64,000 nucleotides of DNA from a virus (Duplodnaviria; Caudoviricetes), in IMG/VR virus record IMGVR_UViG_3300042935_001404; one strand, given 5' to 3'. Positions within the stretch are counted from its first letter, which is position 1. Each line of letters opens with the position of its first letter. This document shows positions 36,626 through 46,800 of this stretch, in pieces. Both the position numbers and the translations under genes were made by a program. A model generated the notes under the pieces. It made no database searches and was not told where the DNA came from. It worked only from the letters and a program-made list of their open reading frames with translations.

Positions 36626-37012
36626 TTATCGTGGATATCCTTTGAATGCTTTTACCGGGCTTTGTGTCACTACAAACGCAGGCTCGTCGCTCTTGGGTGT
36701 AGATATTAGTTTTTTGCCGCCTAGCGTGTTGGTCATTGCCAATGCTTGATCAATAACTTGTGCTATGCCGGCGTTCATACCGGCCACAACTGCATGTTCA
36801 CCAAATGTTGTTTCAGCTGACCACTCGGGCATGAATGGATTTAGATTATCTTTTATGGAGTCACTACGTGCTCGTGCAAGAGCCACGCCTACTCGATATG
36901 TTTTGTACGGGTCCGAAGAACTTAGACCGGGCAAAGTGTAGGTGTAACGCAAAGGTTCTTTGGTTTCCGGCGGAAGTTCACGTTGCTCTGCGATAAATTC
37001 GCGGGCTCTCAT
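36626..37012 (-). CDS. Putative internal head protein A (capsid-targeting-like N-terminus)
   Basis: MRAREFIAE start and QSPVKAFKGYPR end. Paralog of the next gene. Confidence 0.6.
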   Translation of the reverse strand: MRAREFIAEQRELPPETKEPLRYTYTLPGLSSSDPYKTYRVGVALARARSDSIKDNLNPFMPEWSAETTFGEHAVVAGMNAGIAQVIDQALAMTNTLGGKKLISTPKSDEPAFVVTQSPVKAFKGYPR

Positions 37013-37380
37013 CGTGGATACCCCTTGAATCCTTGCACAGGACTTTGTTTGTTGGTTGACGTTAACTCTTGACTGCGCAGGTCTCCGTGATTAAGGTCTT
37101 GGTGTTCTGACCCCACAGCTTGGAATGCTTTTTCTATCATGTCTTGTTCAACATCAGTGTAGGGCATGGCCACATTGTAGCGTCCTGCCCAGGATTCATG
37201 ATCTATTTTTGGAACAAACGTGCCATCCGTACACGCGGCAGCCATCATGACTCGATTGAGTTCATACACTCTATCGGCTAGATCTACGTCTCTAAACTTG
37301 TTGAGTCCAACAGTGGCTCGACTTCTTCGTTGACCAATCTTGCCGGTTTGTTTCTCAATGAGAAACTCATGAGCTCTCAT
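37009..37380 (-). CDS. Putative internal head protein B (capsid-targeting-like N-terminus)
   Basis: MRAHEFLIE start and QSPVQGFKGYPR end. Confidence 0.6.
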   Translation of the reverse strand: MRAHEFLIEKQTGKIGQRRSRATVGLNKFRDVDLADRVYELNRVMMAAACTDGTFVPKIDHESWAGRYNVAMPYTDVEQDMIEKAFQAVGSEHQDLNHGDLRSQELTSTNKQSPVQGFKGYPR

Positions 37381-37382
37381 GT

Positions 37383-37676
37383 TTATGCGCCTGCGGCGTT
37401 GTAAACACTTGACTGTGCAGATGTTGCTGTGCCCAGGGCTGTAGCAGTTACATTGGCACCAGCAAGTATAAGACGATTGCCTGCGCCAACATAAATTTCT
37501 TGTACAGTGCCTGATGGCACAGAAACCACGTTGGCATACAAGTTACCAACAGCAGATGCTGAGCCCAGTGCTGTGGCAAACACTTGGTATGTGACATCAG
37601 TACTGGTGGCAGCAATAGATGCTTTGTCTGTGGTCCACACAATGTTGCCTGCGGCGTTGATTACTTGAATAGCCAT
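37383..37676 (-). CDS. Small Ala/Thr/Val-rich hypothetical protein, probably structural
   Basis: Clean ORF within the operon. Beta-strand-like composition. Confidence 0.6.
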   Translation of the reverse strand: MAIQVINAAGNIVWTTDKASIAATSTDVTYQVFATALGSASAVGNLYANVVSVPSGTVQEIYVGAGNRLILAGANVTATALGTATSAQSSVYNAAGA

Positions 37677-37679
37677 AGT

Positions 37680-40040
37680 TTACTTTCCAAATGTTCGGTA
37701 TAAGTTCAACAAGTTCTGTTCAACTTTTGCACTTTCTTCCATGCTAACTTGTCTACGCAGTTGACTGGCCAGCACAGGAATAGTTGTTTGACCTGTACTC
37801 TTGGGACCATTTAATCCACCAGAGTATTGCAGTGCATTGTCACTTGTTTCTGTGTTGCTGGGCCAGTTGGGATCGTTTTCGTCAATCACGTCGCCACTGG
37901 ATTGTTGACTGATGCCGGCCATCTGTAACAATTCTGCCAGGCGTTCAGCATCTTCACCATCAGCATTTACTGTGATGTTTTTACGACCTTCACCGTGTTC
38001 ATCATCTTGACTCATGTTCACAGTAACACTCATGCCTTCTGTGATCAGAGTTTCTAGTTGTGCATCCAGTGTTTCGTAAACACTGCCACCAAACTTGAAC
38101 TTGCTATTGGATTTCTTAGGCTCGTCTTCTTTGACTTCGTCTTTCTTGTCATCGTACTCAATGTCTTTGGCTACTTTTTTACCGGCTTTTTCGGCTTTAT
38201 CATCTTCGGCACCACGCTTCTTGCCATGGATACCATCTTTTTTCTTTTCATCATACTCGATGTCTTTGGCCACTCGCTTGCCGGCTCGTTCTGCGCGGTT
38301 GTCTTTTTTATCTGTAGACTCTGCTTCTCTAACTTGTGCGTCGCCCGACTGTTGATTTTTAATCAATGTCATTGCCGCATACAGAACAGATTCTAAACGA
38401 CTGGCATACCCTTGTGGGAATTCGCCGCCACGCTGTGCTTGCTTTGCTATTGCTCGAATATCAGCAAGGTCGTTATAAATTTGTTGTGCCTGTCCTTGGT
38501 CAGCGCCTTCTTCCATGTCGCCTTCTTTGACTTTGCGTTCGCCTTTGTGCTTGTAGGCTTTGGCAGTGGTGCGTTCGGGTCCTTTTGCTGGACCCTTTGG
38601 ACGGCCACGACCACGCTTGTCAATGGTGTTGCCTTCAGCATCAGTTTCACTACCAACTGAGTTGCCTTGTGGATCAACACGACGTGTTACTCGACGGCCT
38701 GTTGCTGTCCACTCTGTGTCATGCTTGGCACCGTGTGTGACTTCGCCTGTGCGTGGTGTGTCTTGGCGAGGCTTTTTGTAGTTGGTAAACGGATTTTTAT
38801 CATCATCTTCGTCAACACTGCTGGTGTCTGTGTATTCTTGGTTGCCCATTTTAAATTTGCCGCCTTTGGGAGTGGCTTTGAGTTTGCCGGTAAACGCATT
38901 GCCTTCGTCAGCCACTTGTTGGCGGCCGCCCAGTGCATTACGCATGGCTTCGGCAGCAACATCACCTAACATTTCGTCAACTTCTTTCTTGGCGCCAGCA
39001 ATCTTGTCGGCAAAAGTAATTTTGTCTTTGGGTTCAGCAAGTGCGGCAAATGATTTTTGCTTGGCAGTCATTGGAGCACCGGCTTCAGGCAAATTAGGTT
39101 CTGCGTGTGTACCATGTGCGTCTTTGATACTGCCTTTTAAACTAGTAATTTGGTCTCTACTTGGCATGCCTTTTCGTTTACCAGAAAGGTTGATATTATT
39201 TTTAATTCCACTGCGTCCAATGCCTTGTCCTTTTTGTAAAGGATCATTATGATCAAATTCGCCACCACCTTTTAGATTTTTTGAGCCAGGATAGTCATCT
39301 GGTTTTGGACCGTTGTAGTAGTCATCCATGCTGTAATCATCGTTTTCATAGTCAGGAGGTTCTTGTGTGTACAGTTTGTCTTTGTACTTGGCATCGCGCC
39401 ATTTGGCCGCTTCGTCTGTTTTTTGTTCTGGCTTCTTGCCAGTTTGTGGCATGTCCATTTTGCGTTGCAAGTCACGAATCATGTCTACATCGCTGCCGTG
39501 GCCAACTTTGTTTAGTACTGCACTGCCGGCTTTTTTAGCCATGCCGCCAACTTTCTTAACCACATCGCTCAGACCTTCTTCCATTCCACCATCTAAATCA
39601 ATTTTATGCATAGCGGCACTTTGTTGTGCGTTGGCATATCGTTGACCTCTTTCTGGATACATCGGGTCTCTTCCATAAAATTCTTGCTGTTTTTTAACTT
39701 CTTTATTCATTATTCCTTTGTGCGCATCAATCGCTGATTGGCGGTCTGCTGGATTTTTAGTAATGTTTGCTTTTAAGCCTTTTAACTTAGCGCCAGCAGT
39801 TGCCATTGTATCACCAAAGCCTTCGTCTACTTCTTTGTTGTCATACTTGTCATACCGGTTGCGAACAGGATCCAATGACTTGCCTTCACGTCCGGCTTTG
39901 GCCAGGGCCTGCATACCTTCTTTGCCGTACTTTTCGTAGCCTTTGGCAGCACGACTCATGTCACGTTCGTTTAACGGTGCGGCTTCGGGTCGGGCGGCGA
40001 TGCCGTCTAGTGTTTTGTTTAGGTTGTGGAAAAAACTCAT
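37680..40040 (-). CDS. Large Lys/Asp/Glu/Gly-rich low-complexity protein, probable processed internal/core protein
   Basis: About 15 hydrophobic-x-E|G/A/D-type sites, an AT-hook-like KRGRGRPKG, and a duplicated AE(R/K)AGK(R/K)VAKDIEYD. Confidence 0.6.
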   Translation of the reverse strand: MSFFHNLNKTLDGIAARPEAAPLNERDMSRAAKGYEKYGKEGMQALAKAGREGKSLDPVRNRYDKYDNKEVDEGFGDTMATAGAKLKGLKANITKNPADRQSAIDAHKGIMNKEVKKQQEFYGRDPMYPERGQRYANAQQSAAMHKIDLDGGMEEGLSDVVKKVGGMAKKAGSAVLNKVGHGSDVDMIRDLQRKMDMPQTGKKPEQKTDEAAKWRDAKYKDKLYTQEPPDYENDDYSMDDYYNGPKPDDYPGSKNLKGGGEFDHNDPLQKGQGIGRSGIKNNINLSGKRKGMPSRDQITSLKGSIKDAHGTHAEPNLPEAGAPMTAKQKSFAALAEPKDKITFADKIAGAKKEVDEMLGDVAAEAMRNALGGRQQVADEGNAFTGKLKATPKGGKFKMGNQEYTDTSSVDEDDDKNPFTNYKKPRQDTPRTGEVTHGAKHDTEWTATGRRVTRRVDPQGNSVGSETDAEGNTIDKRGRGRPKGPAKGPERTTAKAYKHKGERKVKEGDMEEGADQGQAQQIYNDLADIRAIAKQAQRGGEFPQGYASRLESVLYAAMTLIKNQQSGDAQVREAESTDKKDNRAERAGKRVAKDIEYDEKKKDGIHGKKRGAEDDKAEKAGKKVAKDIEYDDKKDEVKEDEPKKSNSKFKFGGSVYETLDAQLETLITEGMSVTVNMSQDDEHGEGRKNITVNADGEDAERLAELLQMAGISQQSSGDVIDENDPNWPSNTETSDNALQYSGGLNGPKSTGQTTIPVLASQLRRQVSMEESAKVEQNLLNLYRTFGK

Positions 40041-40044
40041 TTTA

Positions 40045-40650
40045 TTATCCTTTAGGGTTGTAGCCGGTGGCTGGCTTGGGTGGGCGTTTGACGTTGGTCA
40101 TTGGACTCTTGTCACCCATGGGTAAACTGTTTGTGGTCACTGCTGGAGGTGTCCGACCGCCGGCCACTGTGAAGTCACTGCGATAGGTATTTTTCAGCAC
40201 TGCATGTTGATCATACGGAGCAGAGTAGTCTTTGTACAAGGCTTTCTGATCTGCATCCGGTGCAGGATATGGAGAATCCAATAGATCTTTGTTTTGTTTT
40301 TCAACGTCTGCAGTCAACTTGTCATTGCTGTCTTCATACGGCACAGTCAACATGCGCACACGATTAGGATCAATGCCCATCATTTGTGCAATCTGCTGTA
40401 TCTGTGGCTCAATTGCAGGATATCGGAATTCAACATCCATGTGTGTCACACTGTGGTTATCGAACGCAGGAAAGTCTGCTGGCCGGGCCTGAACTGGTGA
40501 AGTCTTTGGCGTGGTGATTTTAACCACGTCAAATTGACGAAGTTTTTCTTCCAGTGCCCGAACTAAATCTTTGGGAGTATCACCCACGATTTTAATGCGG
40601 TAGTTGTATACTCTTTCGTTTTCTGACAAGTATTCTTTAAAATGTTTCAT
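40045..40650 (-). CDS. Putative head-associated protein with capsid-targeting-like N-terminus
   Basis: MKHFKEYLSE start. TAAATA at 40668-40673. Confidence 0.5.
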   Translation of the reverse strand: MKHFKEYLSENERVYNYRIKIVGDTPKDLVRALEEKLRQFDVVKITTPKTSPVQARPADFPAFDNHSVTHMDVEFRYPAIEPQIQQIAQMMGIDPNRVRMLTVPYEDSNDKLTADVEKQNKDLLDSPYPAPDADQKALYKDYSAPYDQHAVLKNTYRSDFTVAGGRTPPAVTTNSLPMGDKSPMTNVKRPPKPATGYNPKG

Positions 40651-40670
40651 AATCGATCCCTATATGATAT

Positions 40671-41174
40671 TTATGCTTGTTTATTCTTTTGGTCTCTTGT
40701 GCCAATAAGTCGATCCAATAAATCGTTGCGACTCAGCACTTGCCCTTCGGCAGTTTCCACAGATTCTTCTTCATTATCGCCCGCACGTTTTTCCCGGTCC
40801 AGATCCAGTCGGGCTTTTTGCAACTGCAACTGAATCATTTTGAGTTTCTTGTTCATCTTGGCTGTTTTGGCAGTGAGTGCATGCCCCAGCATGGCACCTG
40901 CCACTGCAAAGATTTCACTGGCATAGCGGCTGTCCACCTGCATACCAAGGTCCATTAGGTCATCAAATGTTTCTGTGGCTTTTTGTGCCAGCTCATCCAT
41001 GTCGCCATCACTGGCTTCTAGATCACGCACACCGGGCAAGGCAGCATCAATCTTGTCAATGGCATTGTCAATTTCAGTTATGGCATATTGTGTGGTGGCA
41101 ATATCCGGCACAGTTTCGTCTGTATCGGCGGTGCTAGACGGTAAGTCGAAGAGGTCTTCTAATTTTTTAGTCAT
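40671..41174 (-). CDS. Putative terminase small subunit (gp16-like)
   Basis: Helical 167 aa with a central DDLMDLG..VDSRY...IF.VA segment, a coiled coil and C-terminal LSRNDLLDRL. Follows the gp4-like gene. Confidence 0.4.
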   Translation of the reverse strand: MTKKLEDLFDLPSSTADTDETVPDIATTQYAITEIDNAIDKIDAALPGVRDLEASDGDMDELAQKATETFDDLMDLGMQVDSRYASEIFAVAGAMLGHALTAKTAKMNKKLKMIQLQLQKARLDLDREKRAGDNEEESVETAEGQVLSRNDLLDRLIGTRDQKNKQA

Positions 41175-41207
41175 ACCATATTTACCGCTTTTGCGGTATA
41201 GTACAGC

Positions 41208-41639
41208 TTATTTTCCGCCGTTACGGAACATGTCTTCTTCTGTGATTACACGGAATTTTAAGCCGTTGCGATTGCACCACTTGGTTGCAGAATCCCATTT
41301 GGCGTAGTTGATGGCCACTACCATACGGTCTCTGTTGTTCATTTTACTTTCAATGATGCTTTGTTTTTTAGGTTTGATTTCGATCACTTCTGCAATCAAG
41401 GTGTTTTGGCGTGTTCTGTAAGTGATCAAAAAGTCCGGCACATATATGCTTTGTTTTCCTGTAACAGGATTGCGATAAGGGATCTGTATACTTTCACTGG
41501 CCCACTGCATCACATTGTCGTTGTTGTCCAGGAATCGCATAAAACTCAACTCCCACCCGGACCTATAACGTGGCACACCTTTGCCCACATATTTGGCAGG
41601 ATTTTTTACAGTGTAGGGTCCTTGCGCAAACTTGCTCAT
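41208..41639 (-). CDS. gp4: Head completion nuclease (T4 gp4-like, TnsA-type PD-(D/E)XK)
   Basis: YRSGWE, WASE..IPY, YVPDF and EIKP motifs. Confidence 0.85.
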   Translation of the reverse strand: MSKFAQGPYTVKNPAKYVGKGVPRYRSGWELSFMRFLDNNDNVMQWASESIQIPYRNPVTGKQSIYVPDFLITYRTRQNTLIAEVIEIKPKKQSIIESKMNNRDRMVVAINYAKWDSATKWCNRNGLKFRVITEEDMFRNGGK

Positions 41640-41998
41640 GCCCGGACATTTCGTGCCGCATAGTAGTTTGGCTGCACCGGTTGTGACACGCCAAGCAAAG
41701 TGCTGTTGCTACGTTGATTGTTAAGATAGTAGGCCAGAGTCAAGTTTAGTTCTGCAGTGTTGGCAGTTGTTTGCATCTGCTGTAACAATGATAACGCAGG
41801 TATGCTTTGTTCATTGGCAACTCTAAACAGTGCAGTGGCAAAGTTGGCAGCGGCTGACGCAGTGGTATATATTGACTTGAAGTAACTAAACACTGCATCC
41901 CATTCATTGCTGTCAACAAACTGCTCATATCCGTAAAATTCATCAAACACTCTCACAGTGAGATCTATATTGTAGTTGGTATTATTAACTGAGTTCAT
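41636..41998 (-). CDS. Hypothetical protein (120 aa)
   Basis: ATGA-coupled to both neighbours in the tail/head operon. Confidence 0.7.
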   Translation of the reverse strand: MNSVNNTNYNIDLTVRVFDEFYGYEQFVDSNEWDAVFSYFKSIYTTASAAANFATALFRVANEQSIPALSLLQQMQTTANTAELNLTLAYYLNNQRSNSTLLGVSQPVQPNYYAARNVRA

Positions 41999-43134
41999 GT
42001 TCTAGGAGGCGGTTGTTTAGGAAATAACATACTGTTGGCAGAGTTTGCCGCGTTGCGCATTGCGCCCGGTAAACTGTTGCGCAACACATCTTGTTTGACA
42101 GCGGCAGCATCATTGCGTATGATATTGCTGAGTGGTGTTTTCTTCAGTGTTTGATTTACATTCAGTGCTTTTTGTACACCACCAATCACATTGGCAAGAC
42201 TGCCACGACCAGACATCAGTGCAGTCAAATCTTCGTAGATGCCCACGCCTGCATCCAGTAATCCGCCTTGTCCCAGCACAGTTGACTGACTGCCCGGACG
42301 AGAGATTGAACTGCGAATTTGATCGTAACGATTGGGATCAGCAAACCCAACCACATTGGTATCGGGACGCACAGCACCAATAGCACCAGAATAGTATTTT
42401 ACAGTTTCATATCGTATTGTCACAGTGTGTGTCATAATGCCGCCGCCTTGACTGTAGTCATAGGTGTCGTGTTTCCAATCTGTGATCATTGGATTTACCA
42501 GTACATAGGCAGCAAACTTGTGTTGATTAAGTCCGTAAATTTTGATGTCGCGAAAGAAAGGTGGCTTACCTTCTGGAGCAAATGTTCCATCGGTATAACT
42601 TTCACCCACATAGCCCCAGTCATTTACAAATCTATCGTTGCTGTAGGTGTCGCGTGTGTTGTAGCCAAAGCCAGTGGGCGTGGTTTGTAGATTGCCCGAA
42701 GTTCCGTTGGTGTTTGGCACACCTTCATACTGTTGTACAGGATCTTTGTAGTAGTAACTGAAGTAGTTGTACCATAAATTGCGAATTAAATCGCCGCCGT
42801 CATCATTGAATGTTATGGTAACAGGTTGATATTCAATTTTACTTTGTACCAATCGCTTGCGATTGTACTGATTCATTGTGTCAACTGAGATTTGATAACT
42901 GGGCAAGTCAATGGTTTTAACTGACAGGCCAATGCTGGCAGCATCGCCGTTGCCAACCATGGCTTGCAAGAATGGGATTGCACCAGAATTTAAATTGAAG
43001 AATGTGTGGAAGTTAAACTTGAGTCGTGGTGCAAGTTCGTATCCATTTGTACGAAAGGTTTTACTGGCATGGGTATAATCTCTTAACCCGTTGTCGCCAA
43101 TAAAACCTTTTAGAAAGTTTTGTCCAAAACTCAT
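41995..43134 (-). CDS. Tail-tube-fold protein (gp19 paralog; likely gp48/gp54-type tube initiator or cap)
   Basis: IDLPSY, QYNRKR, YQPVTITFNDD and YDYS...TVTIRYE match the tube fold. Has a C-terminal extension. Confidence 0.65.
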   Translation of the reverse strand: MSFGQNFLKGFIGDNGLRDYTHASKTFRTNGYELAPRLKFNFHTFFNLNSGAIPFLQAMVGNGDAASIGLSVKTIDLPSYQISVDTMNQYNRKRLVQSKIEYQPVTITFNDDGGDLIRNLWYNYFSYYYKDPVQQYEGVPNTNGTSGNLQTTPTGFGYNTRDTYSNDRFVNDWGYVGESYTDGTFAPEGKPPFFRDIKIYGLNQHKFAAYVLVNPMITDWKHDTYDYSQGGGIMTHTVTIRYETVKYYSGAIGAVRPDTNVVGFADPNRYDQIRSSISRPGSQSTVLGQGGLLDAGVGIYEDLTALMSGRGSLANVIGGVQKALNVNQTLKKTPLSNIIRNDAAAVKQDVLRNSLPGAMRNAANSANSMLFPKQPPPRT

Positions 43135-43142
43135 TAGACTAC

Positions 43143-43787
43143 TTAGGCGCCTTGCGTGCCACCTAAGCCGGTTACTGTGCCTAGTGTAGTACCAAGGATA
43201 GTGCCTGTTTCGCCAACACCACCACCAACAACCTGGTTGGCATTGTCAAAGGTAATACTCAGTGCAATGGTCATTGCTTCACTGGTTGCGTAATTGGCAT
43301 CACCATAGTTTACTTCTTTCAAGTAGCAGCCATACAATTCCCATGATTCAAGCACAGTCGGAGCAACAGCACCATTGCCACCGTCAAGTACTTCAAACTT
43401 GGTTGTGAACTTGTAATCTGCACCTGCAGCCGCTGATGCCATTTCAAAGAAGTCCAATTGTTTCTGCAGTTGTGATCCAACCAGTTGTTGTACATTGGCT
43501 CCGGCATCGTCACGCAAGTTACAACTTACATCGCCCCATGAGTGCTTGCCAGCCATTTTAAGAGTGGAGTTATAGATTGGAATATCTATGTTTTCAAATG
43601 TCACTGTTGGGCGTGTAAAGTCAATGACCTGTTTGGTCATCTCGGTAACCGGACCACCTTGCACACCAAAATTTTCAAATATCACTCGGAAGCGATATTT
43701 TAATTTTGGCATTAATATGCCTGTACTGCCTTGGCTAGCGTCACTTGCCAAGGGTACTGTCATTTTGTTTAACGATGCTGAAGCCAT
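43143..43787 (-). CDS. gp19: Tail tube protein (gp19-like)
   Basis: PKLKYRFRV, TRPTV, AGKHSW...LRDD, W.LYGC and I.LSITFDNA motifs. Directly downstream of the sheath. Confidence 0.85.
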   Translation of the reverse strand: MASASLNKMTVPLASDASQGSTGILMPKLKYRFRVIFENFGVQGGPVTEMTKQVIDFTRPTVTFENIDIPIYNSTLKMAGKHSWGDVSCNLRDDAGANVQQLVGSQLQKQLDFFEMASAAAGADYKFTTKFEVLDGGNGAVAPTVLESWELYGCYLKEVNYGDANYATSEAMTIALSITFDNANQVVGGGVGETGTILGTTLGTVTGLGGTQGA

Positions 43788-43834
43788 AATTTTTATCCTC
43801 TGTTACTGTTATTTATGTTATCTATACGTGACTA

Positions 43835-43859
43835 AAAATAGGGACCGGGTCCCTATTTT
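43835..43859. terminator. Terminator-like hairpin after the sheath gene
   Basis: AAAATAGGGAC-CGG-GTCCCTATTTT perfect 11-bp stem. Followed on - by TAAATA (43810-43815) for the tube gene. Confidence 0.8.
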
Positions 43860-43860
43860 A

Positions 43861-46800
43861 TTAGCCTCCGGCAGCAATTTCTCCGGTGTTCTTGATACGA
43901 ACTGGAATGTAGATAAACTCAACAGCCTTGACTGGCTCAATGGCAATATCAACATACAATTCGTTGCGATCTATACGTGCAGGAGTGTTGTTTGATGCAT
44001 CGCACACCACTAGATAGTCATAGATACCACGTTTAGCAACCAGGTCAATCATTAGACCGTCAATTGCGTTTTTAATCTGATTGCGTGTGATCTGATCATT
44101 TGGTTCAAACAAGAACTGCTTGCCGATGATGTCCAAGCGTCCACGGATGAATGCAACCAAACGTGACACGTTGATGCGATCCATAGCGGTTGTAAGGCTT
44201 GTGGTGGTTTTGTTACCAAAGTTGGTGATACCAACACCCGGAATGAATGTGATTGGGTTGATAGCGTTTTCATACAAGACATCACGCAGACCTTGACGTA
44301 CACCCAATGATACAAACTCACCTGTGGTAGCATTGACATAGCCCAGTTGTACAGCATTGTCAATTACGCCACGACGGGTGCCGGCTGGCGCAAACCAAGG
44401 AAATGATACTTCGTCACTGCGAATAATTGTGCGAATCATCATGTGACTTGGTGCTGTTACCACTGGGCTGCCGCTCAAGTCAGTTGTTTGGCAACTTGGG
44501 TAGAATACCCCCATGTACTGATTGCCCACTGTCAAGCCGTCTCCTGTGTCTAGACCTAAGCCGTTATTGTTGCTGGCCCACAGCAAGATGTCTTGTGGAT
44601 CTAAGCGTAGCGGTGTATCACCAATTACAAAGCCGGTGTTGTTGCGCTCGTTGTTGAGTGCAATCATGTTTGGCATCAACTCTGGATATGCGGGAGTTGC
44701 CATCAAGTTGAACTGACGTTGTTCTTCGCGAATATCTGTGTTTGTATCAATGCCGGACTTCAGTGCAGCCACAATCATGGCACGTTGTGCTTGGCGGCCC
44801 ATGTATGGAGCACCATTGGCTTTTAGTCCACTTGCTGTTACCCAAGCATTGGTCACTGCGGGCAGTGTATCATCTGGGAATGTGTCAGCATTGAAGTAGT
44901 CTACTTGGAAACTCTTGACATTGAATCCTGAACGGCGTGTGTTGAACAACAACATACCTTGTGGATACAGTGTAGACTGTGGAGCATCTAGGTCCAGGTA
45001 ATCACTGGTCAACAAACTAGTGATAGTTGGGAACGGTGCTGTAATGGGATCGGTAGTGCCGTTTGGTGCCCAACGTGCATCAGCAAATAACACACCATTT
45101 TCTGTAGTTTGGTCAGTGTTGTCAATGGCCACCCACTGATCAACTCCATTCACTGGCTGCCAGCGATACAGTCTTGGATAGTTTTCTAAATCACTTGTGT
45201 CCACCCATAGATCACCAAAAACTAATGGCGATTCTGATTCGTCTGTCTGTGTTGTTGGTGCAGTGGCACTGATAATAGGCCCTGTAGCATTGGTTGCACT
45301 TAGATCGTAACCACGAATATCGTTTGTCACGTTCTGATAACCTTGCCATGTGCCATTGTCTTGAATCATGATGTCAACTTGATCAGTTGCACTGTAGTAC
45401 CATAAGCGACCATCTGCTGGGTCTTGATCAGGAGCGGCATCACTTGCTGTGTATGTGAATGTAGGTGTACCAACCCAGTTGCTCAAAATTAACCCAGTAG
45501 CAACACCATTTGCATAGTTGTTTCTTACTCCACGAACGCTGGTGCTAAACCCAGCGGTAGTGACTGGTGTACCAGTTATATTAATTAATGCTATTGTTCC
45601 GCCGGCTGCGTGTGTAAACACAACAGCACCTGCACTGTTGACTGTGGCACTGACGTATGGAATATTGGCACCACTAACTCCAGCAATGAAATCTTCAACT
45701 GTGGTTCCTGCTAGTGTAACTATAGCAGTTGTATTAATAGCAGTGCCTGGTTGGCTGGCTGTAATGTTAAATGAGTTACCAGACACAAACGGACCCGGAG
45801 TAGCATCGTTGCCTGTGATTTCTGTTGCACCAGTGGCATATCTTTCAAATATTGTAAAACTTGATGTGTTATTTTTTAATATGTTTGCATGAGCATATGT
45901 AGATCCAGCTGGAATATTTTTTCCGCCGCCACTGGGATCAGTTGCATACAACTCTTCATTTTCAGTAAGATATATTGGACATGTTTGTGCAACAAATGCA
46001 CCTAGAATTGTACTGTATTTTTTAACAACAAACTGAGCTCCCTGATTCACATCAGTAATTTTTTGCCATACACTTCCAGTTGGTGCTGGCTGTGTTTGAG
46101 TCGCACCCCAACGTGGAACTGTATAACTTGGACTTACTTGATAGGTAGGAGCAAAATACTCGGTTGCTGTGATGCCCAATGTTGTCAGCGCAGTGCCAGA
46201 TATGTTGGCTATTGAAATAATGCCAGTGTTGGCCGTGCTGCCGTCGTTGGTGGCAGTGGAATCAGCATACATGTATAATTTGCCACCAATTGTGGCTGCA
46301 TATACTCCAGTAATGGCTGCGTCATTAATCGCATCAGCAATGCCATCCACTGTGTTGTTAGGGACAGCAGGAACTGTGATTGTTACGTCATTAACAGAAA
46401 AAGTTTGTGCGGCAGTCAACGTAGTTGGAGCCAATGTGCCTGACACAGTTGGCCAGGCAGTTTTCCATTCGTCACTACCAACCAATACCCAGGTATTGTA
46501 CAAATCTGACAGTGCAGTAGCACTGGTCTGTGCGGATGTTGGGCCACCACGCTTGTAGTATCCTGGATTAAATGTACTGGTTGCAGTAACAGCATAATCA
46601 CCAATGCTGCCAACTGTCTGCAGTGGAACTGAAGTTCCTGTTTCTAACTGTGTAGTGTTGGTGATCACAATAGGAGTTTGAACAGTAAAGATACCAGTTG
46701 TGATATTCCACTGGAAGATGCCCCATTCAGTGTTTGTAGTATCAAACCAATAGGTATTGTTGGTTGGAGCACCCAATGGGCGTGTCAATGATGCTGTTAG

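Noticed and set aside
41208-41639. Tn7-like transposon (TnsA)
   Set aside because: TnsA-like motifs are expected for T4 gp4. No TnsB/TnsC genes or transposon ends.
2998-46558. Many 60-206-aa ORFs antisense to or out of frame within core genes (e.g. 12268..12888, 38782..39252, 30493..31290)
   Set aside because: Fully nested in well-supported genes, with no motifs or initiation signals.
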